IMG/VR virus record: IMGVR_UViG_3300027972_000001
Coordinates: 28,169-92,168 of that record
Direction: 5' to 3' (one strand)
Length of the DNA stretch: 64,000 bases
Origin: a virus
Every line of letters begins with the position of its first letter. The stretch's first letter is position 1. Of the stretch, positions 10,026-23,900 are shown piece by piece. The notes beneath the pieces were generated by a model. The model worked only from the letters and a program-made list of their open reading frames with translations. It was not told the DNA's origin and searched no databases. A program made the position numbers and the translations under genes.

Positions 10026-10508
10026 ATGAAAGAAATAGAAGTTCAAATTATAAATAAAAGCAATAATAATCTTCCTAGTTATGCTACTAATTTCTCAGCA
10101 GGAGTTGATCTTATGGTTTGGAATCCTAAACTTGGTATAGATGATAAAATATTGGTTCATCCACATCAACGTTTACTTATTGGCACTGGGTTATATGTTG
10201 CTATTCCTGAAGGATATGAAATACAGATAAGACCTAGAAGTGGTTTAGCTCTTAAAAAAGGTATTACTGTACTCAATACTCCAGGCACTATTGATTCTGA
10301 TTATAGAGGTGAAATAGGTGTAATAATTATGAATCATAGTGATGAATCTGTAGCTTTTAGCAATGGTGATAAAATTGCTCAAGCAATTCTTACTCCAGTT
10401 GAACAAATTAAATGGAGACCTGTTGAAGTATTACCTACTACTGAAAGAGGAGAAGGTGGATTTGGTAGCAGTGATATAAATAAATCATTAGAAAAACCTG
10501 TATATTAA
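10026..10508 (+). CDS. dut: trimeric dUTPase
   Basis: All five motifs: AGVDL, RPRSGLA, GTIDSDYRGE, IAQ, RGEGGFGS. Confidence 0.97.
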   Translation: MKEIEVQIINKSNNNLPSYATNFSAGVDLMVWNPKLGIDDKILVHPHQRLLIGTGLYVAIPEGYEIQIRPRSGLALKKGITVLNTPGTIDSDYRGEIGVIIMNHSDESVAFSNGDKIAQAILTPVEQIKWRPVEVLPTTERGEGGFGSSDINKSLEKPVY

Positions 10509-10567
10509 GCTGGTTTGTTTTCGTAAGGTTAGATGAGGTAACTCTATTTATCATTGTCTTGATTTTT

Positions 10568-10597
10568 GAGAGGGAGTTACAGCTCCCTCTCTTTTTA
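10568..10597 (+). terminator. intrinsic terminator
   Basis: GAGAGGGAG-ttacag-CTCCCTCTC followed by TTTTT. Confidence 0.85.
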
Positions 10598-10617
10598 TTA
10601 ATTAAATTATAAATAAT

Positions 10618-10899
10618 ATGTATATAGAAATATTACACGAAGTAGTTGCTGAATATTTAGCTAAAGAAGGAGATAAGAAAAGTGTTATTACTATTGAACT
10701 TACTCCTTTCATATATAAAACATTGCAACTAGAAATTAATAGTATCAGCACTTTTAATACAACTGTACCTATAGAAGGTTTTACATTTAGTTCTTTAATC
10801 TTTTACAAAAGAAGTGTTACTATTATAAATGGTAAAACATTAGATGATACATTTGAAAGAAAGATGGTTGAACAATTAGCTAAGTTATCTAATAGATAA
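10618..10899 (+). CDS. hypothetical protein
   Basis: 93-aa ORF after terminator. Confidence 0.6.
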   Translation: MYIEILHEVVAEYLAKEGDKKSVITIELTPFIYKTLQLEINSISTFNTTVPIEGFTFSSLIFYKRSVTIINGKTLDDTFERKMVEQLAKLSNR

Positions 10900-10944
10900 A
10901 TTAGTACTATTAATACTAAGTCTATAATAAAATATAATATTTAG

Positions 10945-10976
10945 TTTGTTTCAGTCAAAATTTGAACATATTCATG
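10945..10976 (+). promoter_or_regulatory. probable Bacteroidota-type promoter for the GIY-YIG gene
   Basis: TTTG-N20-TATTCATG; shares the internal GTCAA with the 7812 promoter; -7 box imperfect. Confidence 0.45.
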
Positions 10977-11088
10977 GGCAACTTCCCAAGAGGTAAAGAA
11001 ATAACAAATTGTCAGCAACCGAAACTATATAAAAAATTAGCACTTGTTTAATTACATCTAAAATTAATACTAATTAAATATAAAAATT

Positions 11089-11835
11089 ATGGGAATCTCT
11101 AAAACCTTCTTTATTGATAATCCTAGTACTATTTGTACTACTAATAATCCATATTCCATTATAAATCATTCCACTATAATTAGTCCTGAACTATTAGAAA
11201 AAATTAATTCATTTAATTTTGCAGGTGCTTATCAGATTTCATCCAATATATTAAATATTATATTATATGTTGGTACTAGTGTTAATATTTTTAAAAGAAT
11301 TCAACAACATATAAGTGGAATAGTACAAGATGGAGAATATAGTAATTTTCAACTAAGAGAACATTGTAAAAAGTTTGGAATTGATGATCTAGATTTTGAT
11401 GTACTTGAAAAATTAGAAAATGGTGATTCAAATGATCTCAATTTATTAGAAAGAGAATATAGTGAAAAATTAGAACCTTTATTTAATAGAAACAACAATA
11501 GACCGATATATTTATATAATAAAAAATATACAAATGATTATGAACCTACTGATTACTATGTTAATGATAAAATATTAAATGAATTTGGTAATCCAATAGT
11601 AACTAGAAAAAGTATTAATTTTGCTTATGGTATAGTTAAAAGAAGAAAGATTCAACCTCTTGATCCAAGGTATGAAGGTTGGACTCCAACATATATTTTA
11701 TTTGATGAAAACGGAGAGATTACTAGAATAAGAGGTGATGTTACTAATCTTCCTAAAGTTAAAAAGTTTCATTCTGATACTGAAGTTACTGAAATTACTA
11801 TTGTTAGAAGAAATATGGGATTTATTGGACGTTAA
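11089..11835 (+). CDS. free-standing GIY-YIG endonuclease
   Basis: GAYQI...LYVGTSVNIFKRIQQH, F.FDVLE, LEREY...PLFN. Confidence 0.8.
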   Translation: MGISKTFFIDNPSTICTTNNPYSIINHSTIISPELLEKINSFNFAGAYQISSNILNIILYVGTSVNIFKRIQQHISGIVQDGEYSNFQLREHCKKFGIDDLDFDVLEKLENGDSNDLNLLEREYSEKLEPLFNRNNNRPIYLYNKKYTNDYEPTDYYVNDKILNEFGNPIVTRKSINFAYGIVKRRKIQPLDPRYEGWTPTYILFDENGEITRIRGDVTNLPKVKKFHSDTEVTEITIVRRNMGFIGR

Positions 11836-11876
11836 AGTACCAGTTTTGAAATAGATTTTAAGTAATCTATAATATA

Positions 11877-11916
11877 AAAAAATAGCCCTACTATCTTTAC
11901 TTAGTAGGGCTTCTTC
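11877..11916. terminator. terminator at the convergence of the two transcription units
   Basis: AGCCCTACTA-N8-TAGTAGGGCT (11884-11911); A-run on the left gives a U-tract for the minus strand, weaker TTCTTC on the right. Confidence 0.85.
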
Positions 11917-11930
11917 ATTCTTATTATTAT

Positions 11931-14900
11931 CTATCCTCGGAAAAGTATATAATACTTATTGGTTTTGTTTATTCGTTGCATCTGTTGTATTTTATTCCAA
12001 ATCGGCACTAACTTAATAGCATTAACTTTAATTTTAAGTTCTTTTGCATATGCACCAGTAACATATCTTCTTTCCTTATCAGTTTGGAAAGGATAGCCAA
12101 CAAGATTAGATATTAATTTATAAGTATCAAGTATAGTACCTTGTACAGCAGCAGGAGATTTTAACATCTTTTGACCTTCATTTATAAGTCCAAATGGAGT
12201 AAACATCATTACTTCACTTAATAACTTATCTATTTCATAAACACTTAAATCATAAGCAAAGTTTTCATCATCATCATCATCAGGTTTAAGATTCTTTAAT
12301 ATAAGTCCAACAACAAGAACTGTAGCAAGATAAATATGATCCAATACGGCTCTCTTAACATTACCTTTTTCAAAATCATCTAATGTATTCCAATAAAGAC
12401 CAATATTAGTAGCAAAATGATGCATATCTTCAAGTATTCTACCCATCATACCATGAAACTGTTTAGCTTCATCAACATCTAAATATTTATGTCTACTAAA
12501 TGGACTTGCTAAAAACTTAAATAAACTAACATATGCTCCCTTATTCCATTCATCTCTACTTTCTGTCCAAAAACTCTTCCAAAATTTAGCACCAAATCTT
12601 TTATTCCAACCAGGACGAACATGTTTTTTAAATTGCATACCCATTCTACCTATAACCCATCTACTTATAGTAGCAGCATCTTCTTTATTATAAATACCTT
12701 GTTGTTTTTGAACTACTTTCAATGCTTTAATTCTAAATAAAGCATATTCATTATCATCTAATTTAGTATTATATTTCTTTCCATCTATTTCAATTTCATC
12801 TTTTAAATCGGCATAACCATCGTCATTTAGATAAAAAGCATCAATAAGTTTAGGATTAGATTCAAAATTAGTAAAAGTAGTCTTATCTAATTCTTTTTTA
12901 GCTTCAACAAATGCATTTCCTTTTATTATAGGGAGATTTAGTATAAAATCACGAAGATAATCTTTTTTAGACTCTTTAAATTCTTCTTTTTTATATCTTT
13001 CTTTTAAATATTCAGCTAAACGTGTTTTTTCAGTATCATCAAGTATTTTATTTAAAGCATCTATATAATTTTGCTGTTGATATTCAGCTAAAGACATTAT
13101 TTTACCATTAATAATTCTATGATGATCTAACATAGATAAAGTACTAACATTCTGCATATAGTGTTCACCTATATCATTAAGAAAATAAGCAGAACTCCAA
13201 CTAAGTAAGTTAGATTTTAACATACCAGTTGTAAAGTCACGTTCATTAGTATTTTGAGCAATATTAAGTTTCTTAATAATTGCATTAGTTAAAGTTCCAG
13301 CTTTAGTGCTTCCTAAATTAATAAGCATATCAGGAATAGCACTCATATACATTTTATCTGCCTTAACTAAATTATTATGTTTAAAATACCATCCAGCAAA
13401 TGCTTCCAGCTGAACTTGTATTTTACCAATCATAACGTTATTAATACCTGCTGTAACATTAAACCACATATTTTTAGCAGATGTAAATTTAAGTAACATA
13501 TTACCAATGACAGTCCATGCACCTTCATCTATATCAAAATTGCCATAAAATATAGCTTCAAGCCATTCAGCAAAATGTTGTTCAAGATTAGTACCTTCTC
13601 CACCAGTAGTTCCTATTACCTCTTTATCTAATGCTTTACTACCAGCTTTATTTTTAAGAAGTTCTCTTTTACTATTTCGTTTAGTAAATTCCATATTACG
13701 TATCTGATATAAACCAAGATCAAATTCATGTTTCATATCAGCTTTTACTTTATACATAGTAGCTTCTCTAATAAATTGAGAAAATACTTCTCCAAGATTA
13801 TAATTTATTTTACCAGCGTGTTCTTCATCATTAAGTTTTCTAATTCTCTTATTTTCAACATATATAGCACCAAGAGTATTAAATTTACCTTTTCCTGCTA
13901 CAGCAACATCTTGAATAACTCTTCTTTCGTAATCACTTTCTAATTCATCTTTTTCTTTAGGAGCAATCTTAATTTCTTCAGTAGTTCCAAAATAATTTAC
14001 CATAGGAACAGTAAGAAGATAAACCATTTCATTATTTTCTCCTACAAAACTATCACTTTGTTTTCTAGCTTTATGGATATCAATCCAATGTTTAACTTTT
14101 TCAGCAATAGTAATATTTTCCTTTTCCTCATTACTTAAACTAGGAATAAATCCTCTATTAAGAATAGTAGCTTTACCAAAATAGTCAGTATATTTATCAA
14201 TTATTTCTACAAACTTTTGATAAAGTTCATCATCTTTAATAGCAATCCAAGCTGGATTAAGATATTTATCAGAAGGAACAGACAGTAAACTATCACTTAC
14301 TAAAAATTGCATTTTACCATCATATTCTCTAACATTACGATATTTCCAAGCATTAAATTCAGGAGTACTTAATTCTTCTTGTTTTCTACGAACTAAGTTA
14401 TTAAATTCTTCCTCAGTTATATTTTGAATTTCATTATCTCTATACCATGCATCTCTACCATTATAATAACTTTGACTATTTCTACCATAAGTCTTAATTA
14501 AATATTTAAATTTAGCATTTTTATCAGTATAGAATTTATCCCAATCATATTTTTGAATAAGTTTACCTGTAGGTTTACCATTTTTGCGTTCAAGATACTT
14601 ATTAAAATCAGCAGTTGTTAAACTAGTAATATTACGTCCACCAAAAGTTTTTCTTAATAATGCTTCAAACTTACCAATTTCTTTACTAGATTCATCTTCA
14701 CCATTTGATACTTTTACCATATATTTTTTGACCATTAATGCAGCAAAAGCATTATTAGTATCAGCAAGTGAATCAAGTTTTAGTTGAATAAGATTTTCAT
14801 CATCACCTATATCTATAATTCTTCTAAGACCGGCAACTATTTCAGGATTCTTAGTATATTGGTAAAGATCTCGTTCTTCAAAATCATTCCATAATTTAGC

Positions 14901-17900
14901 AACTTTAGTTTCAACATTTTTAATACTAGGAATTAAGTTTTGAAGTTGTTTTATAAGATCATTAATTACTTTTTCTTCTTCAATAAATTCATTTCCATCT
15001 ACAGATGTTAAAACATCAAACGAAGTTACCCCTTTAATAAAAGAAGTTGCCCATTTAATAAAGCCGGTAAACTCTTTTCTAACAACAGGATCACTAATAA
15101 TAACATTCATATCCATATTTTCAAACTCCTGAACTCTAGCTATAATACCACCTTTTCTAGTTTCAGTTTTAGGATCATTAAGATCAAAATCATATTGTTT
15201 AAGAACTGTAATTAATCCTTTAGCAAGATTAGCCAAATCATTTTGACCTATAAGTTTTTGAAAATTTTTATCATTTAAAAGATTGGCAGCATCACTAAGA
15301 GTTCCAGCTTTCTTAAATTCTTTAAGAAATTGTATTCTATTAGCATAACTAGTAGTAGTTTTTTCTATGAATTTATTAGCAGAATCAATAGCATTATTAA
15401 TACCTTGATTAGTAGAAGAAGTATAAGAAACAAACTTAATATCTAATTGTCCTTCTTTTTGAGTTTCATTGAGAATTTGTGCTAATGCTCTAGCTTGATT
15501 AATATCACTAGTAGCAAATTTATCAGTAAGTATTTCATTTTTAACAAGAGATCTTAATTCCTCAATTAGTTCTGGATTTTGTTTAGCCCATTCTCTCCAT
15601 CCATCTAAATAATATTGCCATTGTTGTTCTCTAGTTATATCTGTAAGTGCTGGTTTACCTTTACCCTCTTTAATACTATTATATCCTTTAATATCAATTT
15701 GATAATGTTCTTCAATTGACATACTACGCATTAAAGTACTTAATTCTCCAGTGGTATCACTAACTTGCATTAATTTAGCTCCTGGTTTTAAAATAGCATA
15801 GAAAGCACTAAATCTTTTGTCTCCAGCACTAGATACTTCATATCCTCGTGTACTAAAACGTGACCAATTATATTTATTTTCAATTATAAGTTCATTATCA
15901 TCTTCAGTAACTTCTCCTTCTTCACTAATTCCAGTATTACTATCTTTCATTACATCTTGTAAAGTACCAATATACTCATATTCAAACTGAAATAGATCAG
16001 TTCTTTTTTCAAGAGGATGTGAAACAGTAATATCCCAACCTTCTTTCTTACTCCATTCTTCTCTAGCAGGAAGAGAACTAAGATCAATATGAGTTAATTT
16101 TTTAGTAACTTTTACATATTCATCAGTTCCTTTAAGTCTAATATATGTTCCAACTTTAGCTAATTCCCATTTCTGAGCTTCTCCTGTATCAGCATATCTA
16201 GTTGTAGCAGTTCTTTCTCCTGCTCTAACTAAATCTAAAGTACTATTATATTGTTCTAATCCATCTCTGAATGCATCATGAGTTCTAGTATAACTCATAG
16301 GAAGTGGTTCTTTATATATTACTTCATTAACTTGTCTTTGTTTTTCAAGAACATTAATTATTCCAATATAATCATCGGGACTTTGTAATTCACTTCCATT
16401 GAAATCTTGATTATTATCTTCAAATACACTTTGCTCTTCATTTTCAGAATATTCAAGTTTATTTATAGGATAATAATAAAATACACCAAATCTATTGCCA
16501 AATGTATCTACATTTACAAAATTATCATATCTTTGAAACAATTGATATTTAACTCCATCTTTAGTTGTTTTTCCTAATTTTATAACTTGTCTTTCTTTAA
16601 CTCTATTGGCTATACGACCAGTAGGAATATTATCAAGAGTTTTAGCAGGTATAGATATTATACCTTGTTTATTTACTTGAAAATATCTAACTTTACCACC
16701 TGTTGTTCCATCTTCATTTTGTGTAGTATTATCTATATATTTTAATCCACTTGCATCTGGAACAATTTTATCTTCTGTCCAATGAGATTTAATATATCTT
16801 TCTTTATAGTTACTATTAAATATAAGTTGGCTACCAGCATCTAAATCTGCATCTAAATCTTTTTCATCAAATAATAAACGATTTACAAGATTTAATTTTC
16901 CATATAAATGAGTACTTAATCCAATACCTTTTTCATTATAACTACCTTCCATAAATGGTTCATTACCATAATAGAAAACAGTATTTGGAATTATTTTACT
17001 AAATGAACTAAATCCAAATCCAAATCCATTAGTAATATATTCATATTTAAGTAAATTTCTAGCAACAATTTTTTCAAGTATATTTTCACTATACCAAAGA
17101 TCATTAAAAGATTGACTTACTTTATCTAGATTCTCATTATTAATATACTCAACTTTATAATGACGATTACGTTTTAATTCTTGTGCTTGTGTACTAACTT
17201 TTAAACTATTAATAATATGATTTTCATCATATTTAAGTTGATCATGTAAAAGTATAATTTGATTAGCAAGACTAAGTTGTTCAAAATCAGTAATACTTTC
17301 AGGATTTTTTAAATCTAAATTTAAATTTAATTCAGTATTAATACCAAGAAGAGTTCTTTTTTCTTCAATACTAATATCATTTAACCAAGGAAGATCTTTA
17401 AGTAAACTATTATTTAAATAACTAGTAATAGATTCAGCTAATTTTTTATCATATTTTTTATCAGTAACATAATCATTTAATTTACTTTTAATAAATCTAT
17501 ATAATTCACTTTGACCAATAAAATATTCTCCAAATGCTTTGACACTTAATTGATTAGAAAATATAAAAAATTGTTCAAGAGTAGGATAAACACTTGGTTT
17601 AGTTAAATTAAAAAATTTAGGAAATATTTGGTGCATAGCACTTGTATCATTTATTTCAAGTATACCTACCTTTTCAGTTCTATTTATATCAAATTCAAGA
17701 GAATGAGTAACATCAAATGTAGGTCCAGCACCTAGAGTATCAGTATTCAATACATGAGTACCATCAGTAATTGCATCTGAATATGCTTTATAATGTTTAA
17801 AAGTTTCAATAATTTGAAGTTGGTAACGAAGATGATTTTCAATTTCTTTAAGTCTATTAGTATCTGGATTTTCACTTGCAAGAATATCATTAATTTCTTG

Positions 17901-20900
17901 CATATTACCAAAATCATCTAACGTAACTGTATTTACATTGTTAAGTAATGTTTCATGATTTAATGTAATTCCTAAATTATTTTTATAACCTAAATAGTCA
18001 TATTGTTGATTTCTAACTGCATCTTTACCGCCAATAAAAATTGACTGTTTATTATTAATCTTTTCATCCCAACCTTTATTATGTTCTGCATCACCTTTAA
18101 TCATTACACGATATAAAAGTGTTTGAAATTTACGTTTAGTTTGTTCAATTTCACTACCACGTTTAACATTATTTAAATTAGCAAATAAAGTATTAACAAG
18201 ATCATGTATAATAGGTTGATTAATAAATGCTGTACTTACTTTAAATGTAGAACCTAAACTAACAAGCATTTTCCAAATATTAACAGTATATTCATTAACA
18301 TTTCTTGGAAGAGGAAATGCTACATTATCAAGAATATTTGCAGTAGTTTGTGCTGAATATGAACTTATGAGTTGTCCTTCAACATTTTTAAAAGTATTAT
18401 TAGGATTATTATTAATAAATCTATGAGTTACTATTGCATATTCTTTAGTATTATTTGTAGTGCCTCTAGTTTCAAATCTAACATCTTTACCATAATTTTC
18501 AATAAGTTGTTTTTTCTGTTCAGGATTAACAATATATTCAATAATAGGTAGAGTAATGTTATTATTTATATTATTTTTTTCATCTTTGAGTCTTTCTGTA
18601 AGATGTATTCTTGCAACTTGAGCAATAGAATTAAATCTATCTGATGCTAAACTAATACCTTTCAAATCTCTACCTTGATGTGATTTATCTCTATAATGTT
18701 GCTGACCATCAAAAGTAAGGTTATTAACTCTTTGATCAATAACATTGAATTTTTCATCAATCTCTTTTTTAGATTCAGTAATAGATTTAAAGTTAGATGT
18801 AGCTATAGTTTCTGCATAATGATATTTATTAGTTAAAATACCATAATATATATTTAGAATTTGATTTTCTCTAGCTTTTCTAGTATTTTGTTCAAGTATT
18901 GGTAAAGAAGATATAATTTCTTTAACTCTAGCTTTCACATTTATATATTCAACTTTATCTTTAAAATATATATATGCTTCATCACTCATTATTTGAGCAA
19001 ATACTTCAGCTTTTTCTAAATATAATGCTTTCTTCTCTTTACCTTTAGCTTTACTAATTCTTTTATTTATAGAATCAATTTTATCAAATTGCGGTTTATG
19101 TTTTTTATTAACTTCAGAAGTTTTATCAAGACTATCATAATATTCTTGTTTAGCTTCATCTAATGAAGTAACTATATCAATTAATTTATCATTATTTAAT
19201 TTAAGAGCTAGTATATGAACTAATTGAGAATGATCTTCCATTATAGCTTGAGCTCTACTATCAAGATTATTATCTTCTGTATAGGGAATACGTTCTACAG
19301 TATATATAGAAGTAGGTTTATTATCAACTATTTCAGTAGTTACTTTAGTATGCAAATTATATATAAATGCATATACATGATCCATATCAAAATCAGATCC
19401 TGTTTGAGTTACAAAATCATCAGGAAGAACAATACTTGGACCATTATCATCAGGAAGAAAACCAACAACTTTAAATACATAAGCACTATATTTGGCTTCC
19501 ATAGGAATACGATAACCAACCATAGTTCTAACTTCATCAGATAAAGTATTTATATCAACATATTCTCCATCTTTATAAAATTGTTTTGCCCATCTTGGAA
19601 GTAATACTTCAGCTTCTTGTACCATTCCTTCTTTTTCATCAAAAAGAATAGTAGAACGAAGTTTAATATCATTACGATTAATAACTTTACCAGCAGGATT
19701 AGTTTTAACACCTACGCTTTTGTGCCAGTTAATTCCATCAATAGATTCAAGATCTGACCATTTAACACCTTGTTTCTTATTCATGAATAAACTAGACATT
19801 TGAGCACCATGAAGTCCAGGAAACTTCTGGTTAGTTACACCATTAGTAAATAATGATGTAAGAATATGTTCACATTGAGCACTTTGAGTATTAAAGAAAA
19901 TAGGAACTCTGGAATCACCAGTATCTCCAATTTGAACACTAAATAATAAGTTTTTACTTAAATTACGATCAATTCCTTCTTTTTCAAGAATATCTACAAT
20001 TACATTATAATCTATATCACCTATAATATTTCCATCTTTATCAACTCTAACATCAAATGGTAATAAAGTTTTAATAGCACTTTGAAATACATTACTATTA
20101 ATAAGTTCAAAGTAATGATTTTTTAATTCAACGCCATTTAAAGTTTTACCATTGACTATATAATCAACACCAGTATCAGGAATATTTTCTATTATTTTTT
20201 TAGCAAATTGTCTACTTAAAGTAATAGTTTCTTCAAAAATAGCATCAGGAACTTCTAATTGCATACGTAATCCTTCATAATTATAATTACGTTTAGCTTT
20301 AATAAGTTCTTTTTCTAAAGTATCATCGTCTACTATATTACCATCTTCATCAGCAATAGTTGCAATATATAATGAACCAATTTTTTCAGCACTTCCAAGA
20401 TTTATTTGAGGAATATCTAATTTTATCATTATCTTATTAAGACTATCTAGTTGAAGATCTTTAATAAGAGCTGGTGTTAATATAATCTCTGCATTCTTAA
20501 CTTGAGTGGGAATCATTTTTTGTAAATCATCATTACGATCTATACTATAATAAAAGTTCTTTTGCATAGATGCAAAACGCATAGTATCTTCTCTATTTAA
20601 TTCTCCACCATTTCTAACTTTATTTAAAATAGTAGAATACTGTTCAGTTAATCCAAATCCATGAATACGTTTTTCAAATTCATCAAAGGTAACAAATGAT
20701 ACAGCATTAGCACTATCATTAGATAGATATGGAGAAACTAAATTGTATATTTCTTTTTCTTCAGGTCTAAATAATGTCTGTTCTTTATCATTAATAACTA
20801 TTTTATTAGTTGATAATTCTTTATCAGTATAGATTTTTTCAAGTCTACTAATACGAACTTTATCTTTATTAATATTAAGAGCATAAAGTAAAGTATTAAT

Positions 20901-23900
20901 TTTATGTCTATATATTTTAGATTTTAATTTAACATCAGAAATTGTTGCTCCAGAATAAAATCCTTTATGTACACTTGGAATACCATTTGCGATAATTTGT
21001 CTACCACGTTTATTTAAATCAATATTACTCTTGTAGTCAGCTACACTACCATAAAATAATCTAACTTGTTCTACATTAAAAAGATAAGTATTAAGAGCAT
21101 ATTCAGCAATAGCATTATTAAAATTTTTATCTTTTAATATAAATGTTTTATCTTCTCTACCTACATTCTCTTTTTTAACATATGCTGTTGTTAAAAAATC
21201 TTTATATACACTTAATTTTTCATCAGCAATATTAATTTGTTGTGAAATAAAACGTAATATAAATTGTTCTAATCTATTTTTAAAGGTAGAATTAGGATCA
21301 CCTTCAATAAGTGGAGTATGAATAGCAGAATTTAAAGAATTAGATAACATTAAATATTTAATAAAATTAGTGTTATTAATAAAAATACTATTAAAAGTAA
21401 TTTGTTTATTACCCATAGTAACAGTAAGATTATTAATATCAAAAATGTTGCCACTACTTGTTGTATCTAATCTATAAGTTCCGTCTGTATCTTTAGTGAA
21501 AGTTAAATATTTCTTAACACCATCTTTAAGTTTATAATGATAAAATAATTGTCCAGATTTAACATCATTTTGAAATTCTTTTTTAAGTACAAATCCAAAA
21601 TTACCATCATCAATAGCTTTACCATCTTTAAGTTCAAATAATACTTGTTTTGCAGTATTCATTGCTATTAGTTCATCAATAGCATTTAAATATATTGCTT
21701 TAAAAATTGGAATTTCTCTTACTAATTCAAGTGATTTATTAATATCAGTTTCTTTTTTAGCAAGTAGTAATTTAGTATAGTCTACAAAATTTAATTCAAT
21801 GATAGGTGCTTCAAATAATCTAGTATTTTTTCCATCTGAAGGATTTATCATTGGAAAAATAGCTGTAAGTTTTTCATTAACTTCTTTTTTAGTAGTAATT
21901 TTACCACCACCAAAATAATAAATTAAATTTCTTAATGTCCAATCATATTTAGTAAGTTTATGATATTCAGTAGCAATTCCCTCAGTAAGATCTTTGGTAC
22001 CACTATATCTAAAACTCTTAAAATTACTAAGATTAGTAGTATTTATAGTAGTTGCTTTTCTTATTCCGTCTACTATTTTATAATCAAATATACCTCTACC
22101 TTTCTTAACAATTTCATTATCTATATATTCATCCCCCCATAAAAGAAGAGAGTGTTGATTAGATAGAATTGTTGTATAATTAATTAGAGCATTATAAACA
22201 CTATCATCACCACCTTCAAGTTTCTTAAAGAAATTACTTAAAGAATCTGGTTTATTAGCATCAAACACTAAATTACCAGTAACATTTATATTGCTAAAAC
22301 TGAAATGATCTTCTCTAAAATATTTAACTTTCTTAGCTAAACGAAGAAGATTACCAAATTCATTAAATATTGTTTTAGGTGTGGCTTGTAATCTATCAAT
22401 ATAAGGTGTTTCATATAGTTTATATTTTACTCCAGGAATACCTTTAATATTACGAAGTGGAGTAATTATTCCATTAATAAATTCATTTCTATTGTTTAAA
22501 TATTCATAATTAATACTATCTAAAGTAATATCAATTCCAACTAAATAATATAATTGAACTATATTAGCACCAATTTCAGGATCTAATTTAGTAAAATTAG
22601 AACTAAGTGTTGCAGTTTCTTTATATAATTTATCATAATTTTCAATCCAATCTTTATCATAAAAATTATTTTCACCTCTACTAATAATTAAATTAGCCCA
22701 TTTATCAGCGATATGATATTCAACTGCATTTCTATTAACATTAGTTAAGGTAAGTTCTGTAGTTTCATAATCTCCAGTATAGTCAGTTCTAATTAAATCT
22801 CTATATGAATCAATAATAGCTTTATCAAAAGATACAAACCAAGCATTAAGTAAATCTGGATTATTACTAAGTTCTTTATGAATACTATATAAACTTTTAG
22901 CAAATACACTTTCTTTATTAGTAGCATAATTAAATAATGCGGTAAGCATATCTTCTTTAGTAAGACAACCACGCATTAAATCCATTATCTTATTTCCTCT
23001 TTCAGCATAAACAAGAGTATTAGCAAAACCAGTAGGAGTATTAGTATTAGTTCTCCATATAATTTTACCATCTATTATTTGAATACTATTAGGATCTAAT
23101 TCATATGTTTTATTAATAAGATTTTTAATTTGATCATTTACTGTAATTAAAGGGTTAACAATAACTACATCACTACTATCCCAAGATTTATCAAGTAATT
23201 CAACATCTTCTATATACTCTTCTTTTTCATTTATTTTATAACCATATTGATTACTTAAATGAATTCTAAAATATTTCCAAAATCTATCATTACTACTAAG
23301 TTCTTCAAGAACTTTAGTAATAAGAACTTTTTGATCATAAGTGAGAGTGCCTTCATTTTTACGAAGAGTAGCTTGTTTAGCTAGTTCTCTAACTAAATCA
23401 CTTCTAATTGCATTAGGATCAATATCTTTACCTTTAACTCCTTTATAAGAAGCACTTACTTTTTCAATAAATAAGTTACTAAGAACATTAAGAACATTAA
23501 CTTCTTGGTCTAATTCAAATGGAGAACCAGTAAGTTCTTTATTAACAGTAGAAGAATAAGAAATTGATTTAACATCTTTTTCAGAAATTATTGTATGAAT
23601 TTGTTCAGGTTTGAATACTATATATTCTTTTATTTTTATATTAAGATCTGTTGTGTTTAAAATTATACTGTCATATCCTTCTCTTTTAGCTCTTTCTATT
23701 ACTTGTGGTTTAGTTTCTTTAATATTAATACTTGGAGTGAAATCTTCTATTAATGGATTAATGATATTTAATACTACTTCAGTAATAAAAGGAGTTCCTG
23801 CTCTATATTCAGACATTTTTTTAGCATGTTCTATAGAATCTGAAAAGAAAAATCCTTTTGATATATATTGTTTATTTTCTGTAAAAGTTTTTATTTCTCC

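Noticed and set aside
10974-11051. 25-aa ORF MGNFPRGKEITNCQQPKLYKKLALV
   Set aside because: Its ATG lies inside the predicted -7 box; too short, no supporting signal
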